A stretch of 64,000 nucleotides of DNA from Akkermansiaceae bacterium. GTDB lineage: Bacteria > Verrucomicrobiota > Verrucomicrobiia > Verrucomicrobiales > Akkermansiaceae. The DNA lies in contig JBPOGF010000007.1 of assembly GCA_051251915.1 (NCBI GenBank), positions 1-64,000 of the forward strand, written 5' to 3'. Position 1 is the first letter of the stretch, and each line of letters begins with the position of its first letter. Of the stretch, positions 8,975 through 18,999 are shown piece after piece. The notes beneath the pieces are model-generated. The model was not told the origin of the DNA and made no database searches. It saw only the letters and a program-made list of their open reading frames with translations. The position numbers and the translations under genes were made by a program.

Positions 8975-10276
8975 TTACGCGAAGAGCTTTTTGACGGCTT
9001 GTCCTTTGTGGGCGACTTGGAATGGTCGGCCTGAGGGGGACATTATGATGGCGCTGGTGTCCATGCCGAGGGCGTGAGCGATGGTGGCATTGAAATCTTG
9101 GACGCCAACTTTATCATCCTTGACTCGATTTCCTTTGGAGTCAGTGGTTCCGTGGATCATGCCACCTTTGATGCCGCCACCAGCAAGTAGGCTGGAGAAG
9201 GCAGATGGGTGGTGGTCGCGGCCATTGTGCTTGGTGTTGATGGTTGGTGTGCGGCCAAATTCTGTGGTGAGAGCTACCAGCGTGGTGTCTAGGAGGCCTT
9301 TGTTGTGTAGGTCAGTGATTAGGGCTGCATAGGCTTGATCTAACACTTTACAGCGTGCCTCTACTGATGGGAAGTTATCGTAATGGCTGTCCCAGCCGCC
9401 GAGGGTGACTTCTACAAAGCGGACACCGTGCTCTACGAGGCGACGTGCGAGGAGGCAGCCTTGACCAAAGCGTTCGTTTCCGTAGGCTTTCTTGGCGGAC
9501 TGTGGCTCTTGGTTCACATCGAAGGCTTTGAGGTCATCACTACGCATGAGGCGAACGGCTTCTTTGTAGAGTTCGTCATAGGCCTGAGCTTCCACGTTTT
9601 TGTGTTTTTCATGGAAGTTCTGGTTCAGTGCGTCTGCAAGTTTTAAACGGCGGTCAAAGTCTTCTGCGCCCACAGAAGAAGCACGCTCGACGTCTTGAAG
9701 TCCTTGATCGGGTCGGCCAAGTGGGACGCCTGAGTATTTAGCACCAAAGAAGCCTGGTGAAGCGTTTGCGACGCCTCCACCTATGGTCACAAAGCCGGGG
9801 ATCTCAGAGTTTTTGCGACCTTTCACCTTCATGGTCCATGCACCCAGTGTAGGGTGAACGATGGTGCCTCGTGGTGCGTAGCTACGGTGTAGCATGTACT
9901 GGCCGCGATCGTGAGCTCCATTGATGGAGGACATGGAGCGGATGAGGCAGACCTTGTCCATCACCTCGGCAGTCTTCGGTAAATAATGGCTGATTTGAAG
10001 TCCATCTACATTGGTGTTGATTGCTTCTACTGGGCCTTGGATTTCTTTTTTGTTAGGCTTTATATCGAAGGTATCAATGTGGCTCATTCCACCGTTCATA
10101 TTTAGAAAAATAACAGCCTCGGCTGATGACGTTGCATTGTTGGATGACTGAGCGAAGGCATTACTTGCTAGGCTGGTGCCGATCATAGGGGCCAATCCTA
10201 CGCCAAGGTAGGTGCGTGCAGCGTTCATCATGAAGGCGCGGCGTGAGAGTTCGTCTTGCTTATTGAGTTCTTTCAT
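8975..10276 (-). CDS. DUF1501 domain protein (Tat-type leader, sulfatase-like fold)
   Basis: SRRAF twin-Arg leader; GGMSHIDTFD, FGQGCLLARRLVEHGVRFVEV, GGWDSH, EFGRTP and GRDHHP motifs. Confidence 0.92.
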   Translation of the reverse strand: MKELNKQDELSRRAFMMNAARTYLGVGLAPMIGTSLASNAFAQSSNNATSSAEAVIFLNMNGGMSHIDTFDIKPNKKEIQGPVEAINTNVDGLQISHYLPKTAEVMDKVCLIRSMSSINGAHDRGQYMLHRSYAPRGTIVHPTLGAWTMKVKGRKNSEIPGFVTIGGGVANASPGFFGAKYSGVPLGRPDQGLQDVERASSVGAEDFDRRLKLADALNQNFHEKHKNVEAQAYDELYKEAVRLMRSDDLKAFDVNQEPQSAKKAYGNERFGQGCLLARRLVEHGVRFVEVTLGGWDSHYDNFPSVEARCKVLDQAYAALITDLHNKGLLDTTLVALTTEFGRTPTINTKHNGRDHHPSAFSSLLAGGGIKGGMIHGTTDSKGNRVKDDKVGVQDFNATIAHALGMDTSAIIMSPSGRPFQVAHKGQAVKKLFA

Positions 10277-10330
10277 TGTGAAAAGTGGTTCGTGGTTCGT
10301 TGTTTTGAAAATGAGATCATCAAGTAATTT

Positions 10331-12301
10331 TTAGGGTATGAAAATAAACTCCCTGGTGTTGATGAGTGCGGAGATAATATTGCGATAGCCTTCTTCTCCT
10401 CGGTTTTTGACTTCGGCCTCCATGATCTTCATTTCATGATCAGAAGGTAGGCGTGAGAGAACGCCCATGAAAATGGAGCGGATACGGTCGTCCATACTGC
10501 CTTGTGATAGTTTGTGAATGTGTGCTTTCTTATTAGCGACTACTAGTTTCTCTACTTGACCATTCATCATGGATAGCACCTGAGAAGGATTGGCTTCTTT
10601 GGTAGCTGTGCCTATTAGTTGACGATCTGATTGGCCGAAGTTTCGCAAGATGTGTCCGTCGGGTGCGGGGGAGCTGAGTTCAGAAGCGCGATAGATTCCC
10701 TTTAGCGCGCCATAAGCGTCGCCTCCTCCGCCGCTCATCATCATGTTGCGGTTGCTCTTTGAGCTGGAGCTGGGATTTTTCATTTTCTTGATAAAATTAA
10801 GGACATACTCACGCAATTCCTCAGTGGAGTTCAACGCGAGAACTTCTTTTTGAAGCTGGGTCATTGTCATTTCACCTTGGAGGACAGGTTTACCTCTAAG
10901 GTAGATGGTGTCACTGAGGCTTCGTGTGGCGAGCTTATCAGGATTTCCTGCGATTAGTGTGACCAATGAATCCCAATATTGTTCAGCGCTCATGCGCTCA
11001 ATCTGACGACCATCAAACATTGGTTTTTTATCGATTGCTGGTGGTTTATTTGAAGATTCGAACGCATAGACTTGGGTAAGCATGAGGACATGCTGGAAGG
11101 CCTTCAAATCATAGTTTAGCTCCTTCATGAGCTTGACGAGGTGTCTAGTTAGTTCTGGCGAGGTTGTCTCTTCTGCAGGGACATATTCATCGATCGGCTC
11201 GAATAGGCCGGTGCCGATGATACGTTTCCACATTCTGTTGGTAATGATGGTGCTGAACTGAACGTTTTCGGCTCCTGTTACCCATGTGGCGAATTTGTCC
11301 AGTCCGTCATCGTCATCACGGCGGTCAGACATGCGGACAGACTTGCCGAAGGGAGTCTTGGCTCCTACGTATTCACCAGGGTCACCATCGTTGTATTGGT
11401 AATCTTCGGGGAGAGCGATACGGCCAGTTCCGGCATTTGTGAGAGTGGAGTAGTAAATTTGATCATTAAAGAGCCAACGTACCACATCAGCTTCTTTTGA
11501 CCGCTCCTTACTAGCTGCGCGCATATCAGAATAGAGCTTTTGTCCTATTTCGCTTTTGATCTCTTTTTGGCCGTTTGAGAAGGCTGCTAGATGGAAGAAA
11601 TCCTTTCGCTCCCAATCATCAAACGGATGGTCGTGGCACTGGGCACACTCCATCCGGGTGCCTAGGAAGAGGCGCATGGTGTTAGCCATATTATCGAGCG
11701 GCATACCCTTATCTCTGATGTAGTATCCGACAGCTCCATTGTCCCACATTGAGCCTTGGGCGGAAAGTAGGTCACGTGTCAATTCATTATAGGGTTTGTT
11801 TTCGGTGATAGCCTTCCTTAGCCAGGCCCTGTAGGGCGCAGAGGAGGCGTCTCGGCCCATACTATCTTGCACACGAAGTAGATCAATGAGCCAATTCTCC
11901 ATGTGGCTATCATATCCCTTTGACTCCATCAGATAGCGAACGAGAGATACACGCTTATTAGGATTCTTTATTTCTAGATAAGCACGAGCTTCCTCGAGAG
12001 TGGGAATGCGGCCTACAGCTAGAAGGAAGCTACGGCGTAGGAAAACGGCGTCTGAGGCATTTTCTGGCACTGAGACGCGCTTTCTTTTGTAGATTTTAGC
12101 AATCTGCACATCGACCCCTCGTGCTGCTTCAATGAGCTGCTCCTCTGTGAACTTTTTCTTCTCTTCCTGCGCTCCCAAGGGTGTGGCGATGAGTGGTAAT
12201 CCTATTCCACAAATAGCTGTGGACAGAGCTAGAGTGCGGTTCAGGCGTGAAAAAATTGAAAAATGATGAATTTTATTCATGATCATCATGCTTGTTATCA
12301 T
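10331..12301 (-). CDS. DUF1549/DUF1553 (PSD1-type) protein with CxxCH
   Basis: FLRR..GRIPT, FLGTRMECAQCHDHPFD, NRMW..G.GL, ERMSAEQYWDS and LINTREF motifs; usual partner of DUF1501; start may be a later Met (~12280). Confidence 0.9.
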   Translation of the reverse strand: MITSMMIMNKIHHFSIFSRLNRTLALSTAICGIGLPLIATPLGAQEEKKKFTEEQLIEAARGVDVQIAKIYKRKRVSVPENASDAVFLRRSFLLAVGRIPTLEEARAYLEIKNPNKRVSLVRYLMESKGYDSHMENWLIDLLRVQDSMGRDASSAPYRAWLRKAITENKPYNELTRDLLSAQGSMWDNGAVGYYIRDKGMPLDNMANTMRLFLGTRMECAQCHDHPFDDWERKDFFHLAAFSNGQKEIKSEIGQKLYSDMRAASKERSKEADVVRWLFNDQIYYSTLTNAGTGRIALPEDYQYNDGDPGEYVGAKTPFGKSVRMSDRRDDDDGLDKFATWVTGAENVQFSTIITNRMWKRIIGTGLFEPIDEYVPAEETTSPELTRHLVKLMKELNYDLKAFQHVLMLTQVYAFESSNKPPAIDKKPMFDGRQIERMSAEQYWDSLVTLIAGNPDKLATRSLSDTIYLRGKPVLQGEMTMTQLQKEVLALNSTEELREYVLNFIKKMKNPSSSSKSNRNMMMSGGGGDAYGALKGIYRASELSSPAPDGHILRNFGQSDRQLIGTATKEANPSQVLSMMNGQVEKLVVANKKAHIHKLSQGSMDDRIRSIFMGVLSRLPSDHEMKIMEAEVKNRGEEGYRNIISALINTREFIFIP

Positions 12302-12331
12302 TTGAATTAAATTGGGGCAAACAAAATATAT

Positions 12332-12397
12332 CCGTTTGATACGGCTTGGGTGATCAGTTAGCGGTGATCGGTGATCGGGGGCTTGGTTGATGGAACC
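12332..12397 (+). repeat. dispersed element, copy D
   Basis: CCGT-ttgat-ACGG hairpin, heptamers gtgatca gttagcg gtgatcg gtgatcg, core cttggttgatggaacc. Confidence 0.7.
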
Positions 12398-12470
12398 ATG
12401 GGGTATGACTGGGTGGGTTAGATAGAAATATCCTACTCGTTTATTCTATTTACATGGGCTCTATTTCTTG

Positions 12471-12564
12471 CAGAATAAGGTATAAATTATTAATTGCTCT
12501 CTATATGCCAGCTAAACTGCAACGATGTGATATCGCTTGGGAGAGAGAGCTAATACTGTTATGC
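12471..12564 (+). other. degenerate attC-like site
   Basis: CAGAATAAGG (R''-like) ... GCTCTCT/AGAGAGC inverted repeat ... GTTATGC (R'-like) ending 7 nt before the start codon at 12572. Confidence 0.35.
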
Positions 12565-12571
12565 TAAAAAT

Positions 12572-13021
12572 ATGCCAAAATTAAATCCATCTTCAGACAC
12601 ATTTTGGGGACTATCTGAAGGCTACTTAGATGCAGCTGATTCCATTTTTAATACAATTCGTTCTGGTAGATATTTAGGGCAGGCATTAATTCCATGCGTA
12701 TTTTCTTACTTTCGTAGTATAGAACTCAGTTTAAAAGCTGTTTTGGTTGCACATAACGTTTCTGAAAGAGATATCACACGTACTTTAGGTCACAGAATTT
12801 CTAACCTTATCGAAAAAACCGAAAGTTTTGTAGCATTATCTGATATCGGCATCTCACCTGAATACAGAACCCTACTCGACAAATTTTCAGACAGTTACTC
12901 AAGTAAAGGGTTTGAATACCCAAATACATTCTGGGATGCCAAACCTAATCTAGAAAAATTAAAAAAGATAACAGATACAATTGTAAAAACCGTCCAGACA
13001 TATAAACAACAATTAAGATAA
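12572..13021 (+). CDS. HEPN-like domain protein
   Basis: GYLDAA..., SIELSLKAVL, LGHRISNL and FEYP pattern typical of HEPN-family helical proteins; AT-rich, no G skew. Confidence 0.6.
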   Translation: MPKLNPSSDTFWGLSEGYLDAADSIFNTIRSGRYLGQALIPCVFSYFRSIELSLKAVLVAHNVSERDITRTLGHRISNLIEKTESFVALSDIGISPEYRTLLDKFSDSYSSKGFEYPNTFWDAKPNLEKLKKITDTIVKTVQTYKQQLR

Positions 13022-13066
13022 CCTAGGTCAGTCACTTTACACCAAACACCTTGAAACTAAAAAATA

Positions 13067-13193
13067 GCATGACAAGACGTTATATCTAACCCGTGAAACA
13101 AGCTGATAGCTAATTTTTTATGATGATTCTAACCTCCATCCACAGTCAAAGTTTGCCCCCTTGTCAGGGATAGATGAACTTTGACGATATACT
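13067..13193 (+). other. degenerate attC-like site
   Basis: Imperfect inverted repeat CAAGACGTTATATCTAACCCGTGAAACAAG ... CTTGTCAGGGATAGATGAACTTTGACGAT, starting just after a TAG and ending just before the next ATG. Confidence 0.5.
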
Positions 13194-13201
13194 AAAAAAA
13201 G

Positions 13202-14314
13202 ATGTCGCCATTATTTAACTGTTTGTGCCCGATATTTCTGTTGAGGCCTAATGCTGACCGACTCGAACAAATTGCAACAGCAGTAACGTTGGCTTTAGGG
13301 GAGAAAATATTTCTGCTTACAGCTGCTCATGTTATTGATCATGAGGATGATGGTATTATCCATATTCCAGCTGGAACCAGAATTGAGCCTCTGGCAGGCA
13401 ACATAGTTTCGTTAGAGCTGCCTAGCACAGGTAAGCGTGATGATGATAAGATGGATGTAGCCTATGTCGAATTGGAGGAAAGCTTAGCACAAGAAGTAGC
13501 AAAGGAGATAACTCCACTTACAAGGAAGGATATAGCTTTATTCGATTTTTACCTTGGAGGGGATCTATATACATTTGCTGGCTTTCCTTGGAGAAAGTCA
13601 AAAGCCACTAGGAACACAGTTAAAACCAATCTTACAACTTATACAGGTGAAGCTGTTAAGGAGTCACGCTATAAAGCAATGGGCTATTCTACTGCTTACC
13701 ATGTAGTTATTTCCTTTCGCAGGAAGAAGTCAGCAAATATTCGAACTGGTCGTAAACAGACAGCGCCTCTTCCTCATGGTATTTCTGGTGGGGGAGTGTT
13801 TTCATGGCAGAAGGATTTAGTAGTCGATCCAAGGGAGCCTGAACTTAAGTGCATGGCAGTTGGTCATACATACAAACAACGAGAGCATGTGCTAATTGGA
13901 ACTAAGCTTTCAGTATACATAGGTATGATCCAGGTAAATCATCCAGAAATACTCCAATCTGCAGGCGACGGTTTCAACCCAGAACCAATTATGATGGGGT
14001 TCGTATGGTATATACATGATGAATGGGAAGAACTTATGAATGATTTTGATGATGCTGATGATATGCAGAACTCTTGGGAGGAGTGGAGACAAAGTGCTGA
14101 GTCTGGGATAGAGGATATGGCTACTCTGGGGAAGGTCCCTATTCCAATTGAGGTGAGCGCAAAAGAGATTCGAGATTTCTGTGATCTTCATGAGTTAAAG
14201 AATAACGGATATGCTAGATCTTCTTTGATTAGTGCGATAATGGCGGAAAGGTTTACTGAACTTAAAATAGATAGATCCAAAATGAAACATCCAGTTGAAT
14301 TCAAAAGGAGCTAG
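13202..14314 (+). CDS. cytoplasmic trypsin-like serine protease fused to a small acidic helical domain
   Basis: Intact triad motifs LLTAAHV, MDVAYV and GISGGG; no signal peptide; C-terminal GFVWY..EW..WEEW..FC domain. Confidence 0.8.
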   Translation: MSPLFNCLCPIFLLRPNADRLEQIATAVTLALGEKIFLLTAAHVIDHEDDGIIHIPAGTRIEPLAGNIVSLELPSTGKRDDDKMDVAYVELEESLAQEVAKEITPLTRKDIALFDFYLGGDLYTFAGFPWRKSKATRNTVKTNLTTYTGEAVKESRYKAMGYSTAYHVVISFRRKKSANIRTGRKQTAPLPHGISGGGVFSWQKDLVVDPREPELKCMAVGHTYKQREHVLIGTKLSVYIGMIQVNHPEILQSAGDGFNPEPIMMGFVWYIHDEWEELMNDFDDADDMQNSWEEWRQSAESGIEDMATLGKVPIPIEVSAKEIRDFCDLHELKNNGYARSSLISAIMAERFTELKIDRSKMKHPVEFKRS

Positions 14315-14370
14315 TATCAAGTATGAAGTGCAAGGCTAGTCTTTGGTAGGTGAACTATGACGATCTAAAG
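14315..14370 (+). other. truncated attC-like remnant
   Basis: TAGGTGAACTATGACGATCT (14347-14366) matches TAGATGAACTTTGACGATAT (13171-13190) at 17/20 and likewise precedes a start codon. Confidence 0.45.
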
Positions 14371-14373
14371 AAT

Positions 14374-14931
14374 ATGAAAAACACACTGTTAATATTATCT
14401 TGTCTTATTTCAAATGTTTATGCGTTAACAATAGCAGAAATACAAGCAATAGCGGAAAAGCATCCTAGTAATGATGAGGTTCTTAAAGAATTAGTTATGT
14501 TTGGAGGGGCTCAAGAATACGAAATTGAAGTGAAGATGGATTTCCCTAAGGGTTCGCTTGATTTAGCGGCTAAAAGGGTAGCCAGAAAAATAGTTGAAGG
14601 GAGATACGTAGTTACAGAATATTCTCTTACTCAGCCTGAGGGGAGGGAAATTAAAATGACGGAAATTATAATGTACGATGAAGTAGAATCTAACTATAAT
14701 AAATGGATTTTAAATTCAGAATCCGACATTCTTCAAAAAATGAAGGGAGTTCGTATTAAAGGAACGCAAATTATTAGTTGGGTAAATATAGATCAAAAAT
14801 CTAGTGAAGGGAGCTTGATCATGATAGTTGAAAATTACTCTAAAGATAGTTTTACATGGAGAGAAGTCCACCTGAAAGGTGGTAAGTCTATATTTTCATA
14901 TAATGGTAAAGCTGTAGCTATTAAAAAATAG
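14374..14931 (+). CDS. secreted hypothetical beta-rich protein
   Basis: ATG 14374 gives a signal peptide MKNTLLILSCLISNVYA; alternating beta-strand pattern. Confidence 0.75.
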   Translation: MKNTLLILSCLISNVYALTIAEIQAIAEKHPSNDEVLKELVMFGGAQEYEIEVKMDFPKGSLDLAAKRVARKIVEGRYVVTEYSLTQPEGREIKMTEIIMYDEVESNYNKWILNSESDILQKMKGVRIKGTQIISWVNIDQKSSEGSLIMIVENYSKDSFTWREVHLKGGKSIFSYNGKAVAIKK

Positions 14932-15032
14932 AAAGTAATTATACTTCACTGCAAAGAAAAAGATACGATAGTGATTTTAGAGGTATAAAGATGTTAGAGC
15001 TTTGCTAACTATGGGTCTAATTTGGGGGCAGT

Positions 15033-15422
15033 TTAGTCTCTGTCAGGTAGATAGACTCCTTTGATTAGTCCGTAACCTACGGCGATTGGTAGGAGTAGGA
15101 TGAACATGAAGGACTGGTAGGTGAATAGTGTGTAGAGTAGCCAAATGAGGCTGGGGATGATGAATGCCCAGCCGACTATGGTGTATGGTAGTTTGCCTTT
15201 GGTGTTGTTCTTTCTTCCTTGATCGAAAGCATGCTTCGCGGCTTCTGAGATGTGGGTTTCAGCGATGCCTTTGGATTTGAAGAAGTGGCGGATGGAGGCT
15301 TCGCTCTTGCCTTTTTCTGCGAGCATAATGGCTTGGGGGAGCCAGAGTTTGATGTCATCATTGTCTGAGAAGTCTGTTTTTACTTTTGAGTCTGGAGATT
15401 GGTATGGGTCTTGATGTGACAT
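15033..15422 (-). CDS. hypothetical membrane protein
   Basis: DPYQSP N-terminal motif common in PVC membrane proteins; two C-terminal hydrophobic helices. Confidence 0.75.
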   Translation of the reverse strand: MSHQDPYQSPDSKVKTDFSDNDDIKLWLPQAIMLAEKGKSEASIRHFFKSKGIAETHISEAAKHAFDQGRKNNTKGKLPYTIVGWAFIIPSLIWLLYTLFTYQSFMFILLLPIAVGYGLIKGVYLPDRD

Positions 15423-15440
15423 GTTAGATGTCTTGGTGAT

Positions 15441-17585
15441 TTATTTTTTGTATGGTCTTAGGCCTACTTTTGAGAGGTCGAAGGGGGTGGTTCCTTGTTT
15501 TAGGGCGGGGGAGTTTGGTTGGAGGGTGAAGTCTCCGTTTTGGGGGTCGGTGAAGAGGGGGGCGGTGGATAGGCTGTTTTTGTCTACGCCGTCTTTTTGG
15601 AGTTTGGTTAGGACCGCTTGTCCTAATTTGGGATCTGCTTTGCAGTAGTAGATGTTGTTGTCTGAGTCGAAGTCTTTCATGCGGGCGGGGGAGCGGCCGC
15701 GGCGGTCTTCTCCTACTAGGCCTTTGCCGGCGCCGGGCTCGGAGATGAAGGTGCAGTCGGCTAGGGTGGAGTAGAAGATGTTGTTTTTGTTGGTGGCTCC
15801 GTTTGATGGGCCTTCGACTATTTTGAGGTAGATGCCGCGTGGGGCGATGACGTCTGCGATGATGTTGTTTTCGAAGCGGTTGTTGAGCTTGATGGTGACG
15901 CCTTGGGATTTACATTTGTAGATGAGGTTGCCGATGAAGAGGGTGTCTTTTTGGCCGCCGTCTGTTCTGATGGCGCTTTGGCCGTTGATGTTGGAGACTA
16001 GGTGGTGGATGTAGTTGCCTCGGAAGATGTTGTTGGCGCCGCAGCCGCGGACGTAGATTCCGTTGCCGTCACCGAGGATTTGCATGACGTTGTGGATTTC
16101 GTTGTATTCGACGATGTTGTCGTGGGTGTGGAGGTAGGGGCGGATGTCTTCTAGGTCGTAGTTTTTGGGGAGGTTTTTGATTTCGTGCCAGCGGATGGAG
16201 CTGCTGGATTCGCGTTTGTTAGATTTGATCATGAAGCGTTCTACGATTCCTGCGACGATCATTCCTGAGTAGTTGGCGTGGTGGATGAGGTTGTTGGAGA
16301 TTTTGTTTTCTCCGGATTGGCAGAGGAAGATGCCGGGGGACTGCCAGTAGATCTCGCTGATGTGGTGGATGTGGTTTTTGGTGACGGTGTTTTGTTTGTT
16401 TACGTCTTTGGTGCCTGGGCCGTAGCCGCAGAGGAGGATGCCTCCGCCGCCCATGTATTCTATGTGGTTTCCTGAGAGGGTGTTTTTCTGGCCGTGGAGG
16501 TCAATGCGGATGGCGCCGCTGCCGCTGTGCTGGAAGTGGCAGTCTGTGATGGAGCAGTTTTCGGCTCCACGTAGGCGGACTAGGGTGTTTGCTTTATCGA
16601 ACATGTCCCAGTCGTGCTGGGTTCCTTGGTCGCCTTGTTCTAGGGTGTAGCGTTCGCCGTTTTTGAAGGTGAGGCCGCGGAAGTGGAGGTTCTGGACTGG
16701 GGTGTCTGTGGGGCCTTGTTTGTCAATTTTGCCTTCGATTAGGATGTATTCGATTAGGGTGGGGGCGAAGACTGGGGATGCGCTTCTGGGCCAGAGGTAG
16801 ACTTTGTTGGTTTTGGTGTTGAGGGCCCATTCGCCTTGTTTATCGAGGAGTTCGATGGAGTTTTCTAGCCATGCGCCGTATTTTTTGATGCCGTAGGTGG
16901 CGTTGATTTTGGTGTGGGCGATGCGTTTTGTTTCATCGACTGATTTGAGTGGGAGGATGTTCATGGTCCAGAGTCTGCTGGGGCGGACGAGGACTTCTAG
17001 GTCTTCTACGTTTGACCAGTCTTTGATGAATCCTTTTGGGTAGTCGAATTGGTTGGCTTTTCCGGTGGGGGTGAATTTTTCTGATCTGGAGCGTGGTAGC
17101 ATTCCTTCACGGTCATAGAGGGTGAGGAAGCTCTTTGTGGTGGTGGCTTCCCAGACTTGGCCTTTGGCAGCTGCGGGGAGACCGGGGAGGTCAGTGGTTA
17201 CTTTTTTCCAGTCTTTGATTTCTTGTCCTGAGGAGAAGATGGGGTTTTCGCTGGGGTAGGCTGAGTAGGTGATGTTGGAGGTGGGGGTGCCGGAGTCTGG
17301 GAGGCCGAAGGTGACTGTTTTGTTGAGGGTGTAGTTGCCTCCGCGAATGAGGATGTTGATGTTGGTTGATTTTGTTTTTTTGAGTTCACGTACGGCGTCG
17401 CGGGTGTGTTCTAGGGTGGCGAAGGGGCCGTCGGTTTTGGTGGCGTTTGGTTCGGCTAGTGTTCCGGACCATTTGTCTGAGCCTTGTGGGGAGAGGTAGA
17501 AGTCTGCGGGGGTGGCGGCGAAGAGGGTGAAGGTGGTGGCTAGGGTGGATAGGAGGAATGTGGCGGTGGATTTTGAGGTGATCAT
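15441..17585 (-). CDS. secreted right-handed parallel beta-helix protein (GH141-like)
   Basis: Signal peptide; FYLSPQGSD..GT..DGPFATL, YSAYPSENPIFSSG, repeated N.IHH beta-helix turns, DGNGIY, PLFTDP..GDFTLQPNSPALK. Confidence 0.8.
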   Translation of the reverse strand: MITSKSTATFLLSTLATTFTLFAATPADFYLSPQGSDKWSGTLAEPNATKTDGPFATLEHTRDAVRELKKTKSTNINILIRGGNYTLNKTVTFGLPDSGTPTSNITYSAYPSENPIFSSGQEIKDWKKVTTDLPGLPAAAKGQVWEATTTKSFLTLYDREGMLPRSRSEKFTPTGKANQFDYPKGFIKDWSNVEDLEVLVRPSRLWTMNILPLKSVDETKRIAHTKINATYGIKKYGAWLENSIELLDKQGEWALNTKTNKVYLWPRSASPVFAPTLIEYILIEGKIDKQGPTDTPVQNLHFRGLTFKNGERYTLEQGDQGTQHDWDMFDKANTLVRLRGAENCSITDCHFQHSGSGAIRIDLHGQKNTLSGNHIEYMGGGGILLCGYGPGTKDVNKQNTVTKNHIHHISEIYWQSPGIFLCQSGENKISNNLIHHANYSGMIVAGIVERFMIKSNKRESSSSIRWHEIKNLPKNYDLEDIRPYLHTHDNIVEYNEIHNVMQILGDGNGIYVRGCGANNIFRGNYIHHLVSNINGQSAIRTDGGQKDTLFIGNLIYKCKSQGVTIKLNNRFENNIIADVIAPRGIYLKIVEGPSNGATNKNNIFYSTLADCTFISEPGAGKGLVGEDRRGRSPARMKDFDSDNNIYYCKADPKLGQAVLTKLQKDGVDKNSLSTAPLFTDPQNGDFTLQPNSPALKQGTTPFDLSKVGLRPYKK

Positions 17586-17959
17586 GGGTTTTAGTATATG
17601 TGGATGTTATTGGATACTTTTTATAGAGTTTTGGTGAGTTAGGGCAAGGTTGTAATGGTTGTAGCGATAATGGTAGTTCGTTGCGTGTGGTTAATTAGTG
17701 GATTGATCTGAAATTCTAGGGGTTTTTAGGGTGTTTTTGTCTGCTGATGGTATTTGTGGGCATTATTTTTTTGGGGTTTGAAATAGATTTTATTTGGTTA
17801 AAAAGTCTGATTATTGAGTGTGGATTATGGCTTTAGCATAAGTCTGATTGAGGGGGCGAATGCTTGTAAATGCTTGTAAGTATAGGTGTTGACGATCTGT
17901 TAGGAGGTTGTAAAAGGTGCGCGGCTGCTCATGTTGGGTAGCGAAAAAAAATAAAAAAT

Positions 17960-18754
17960 ATGAAAAATAAAATAAGTAAAATGGGTTTGATTGCAGTTTC
18001 TGCATTGGGTCTATCTGGAGTAGCTTCAGCGACAATTGTGTATCAAGATACGTTTGATAATTTTAATTTAACTACTAACCCTAATGGGATTGGTGGAGGT
18101 CTTGGCGTAGTAACTGGTTCAGATGTTAATAATCCTTACTCTGAATTTGCTGGCGCTATTGGTCAGGGGAGCTCATCTAATGGAGGACAGAATTCTACAA
18201 TCTATTCTACTAATGCATTTAGCATTAATGGGGGATTCACTTTGGAGGTGACTTTTGGCATTACAAGTACAGCTATTACAGGAAACCCTCCTTATCCGTC
18301 TAATTCTTTTACATTCGGCCTGCTGGATGTAGCTACAGGATCTGATGCTTCTGGTGCATTTAATGCAGATGATGGAGCTGCTTCTACTCAGTATGGTATT
18401 GGGATGAGCTTTACAGAGCGTTTTGATCAGGGTTTACATTTTGACGATGGATCAACTTCATCAGTGCTGAGTAATGATCAGTCTATTGTTACTAATGCAA
18501 ACGGAGATACTCAGACTTTCGCTTTAACAGTGGATGCTGCTGGTAATTATAGCTACAGCCTTAATGGAGCTACAGCGACTGCAGGGACTACTACTCTGGA
18601 CTTAACCCGTGATTATCACTTTGTTTCTTTTTCACAGGGAGCAAATGGTGGATCTTTGATTTATGACGTGACTCTTGATGCGGTTCCTGAGCCTTCATCA
18701 ACAGCATTACTTGGTCTTGGTGGCCTTGCATTGATTTTGCGTCGTCGTAAGTAA
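17960..18754 (+). CDS. PEP-CTERM sorting domain protein
   Basis: Signal peptide and C-terminal VPEPSSTALLGLGGLALILRRRK. Confidence 0.95.
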   Translation: MKNKISKMGLIAVSALGLSGVASATIVYQDTFDNFNLTTNPNGIGGGLGVVTGSDVNNPYSEFAGAIGQGSSSNGGQNSTIYSTNAFSINGGFTLEVTFGITSTAITGNPPYPSNSFTFGLLDVATGSDASGAFNADDGAASTQYGIGMSFTERFDQGLHFDDGSTSSVLSNDQSIVTNANGDTQTFALTVDAAGNYSYSLNGATATAGTTTLDLTRDYHFVSFSQGANGGSLIYDVTLDAVPEPSSTALLGLGGLALILRRRK

Positions 18755-18782
18755 TATATAGGACTACTTGAAATTATTCATT

Positions 18783-18819
18783 AAAAAGGGGCGATCTTAT
18801 TGTGAGATCGTCCCTTTTT
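18783..18819. terminator. bidirectional intrinsic terminator
   Basis: AAAAAGGGGCGATCT-tattgtg-AGATCGTCCCTTTTT between convergent genes. Confidence 0.8.
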
Positions 18820-18999
18820 AAGGTTAATAAGTAGGTGTATGGCCTAAGGGTAGCGAGGTTCGGAGTATCGTGGAGTTATTTTGTGGTGGCGGAAGATCTT
18901 AGTAGGCTGTCTGCCGCGAATGGGGCTGGAGATGCTCTGGGGCCTTTTGAGAGAAGGCGAGATTAGAAGGTCTGACTTCTAGAGGAGACCCTAATTGGG

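Noticed and set aside
10285..10307. GTGGTTC heptamer repeat (and a weak one at ~47650)
   Set aside because: No GATG core follows, so these were not counted as members of the element family
13174..13204. Upstream ATG joined to the trypsin gene by frameshifting at the A7 run
   Set aside because: It would need a +1 shift rather than the usual -1, and the ATG lies inside the attC-like arm that recurs at 14347
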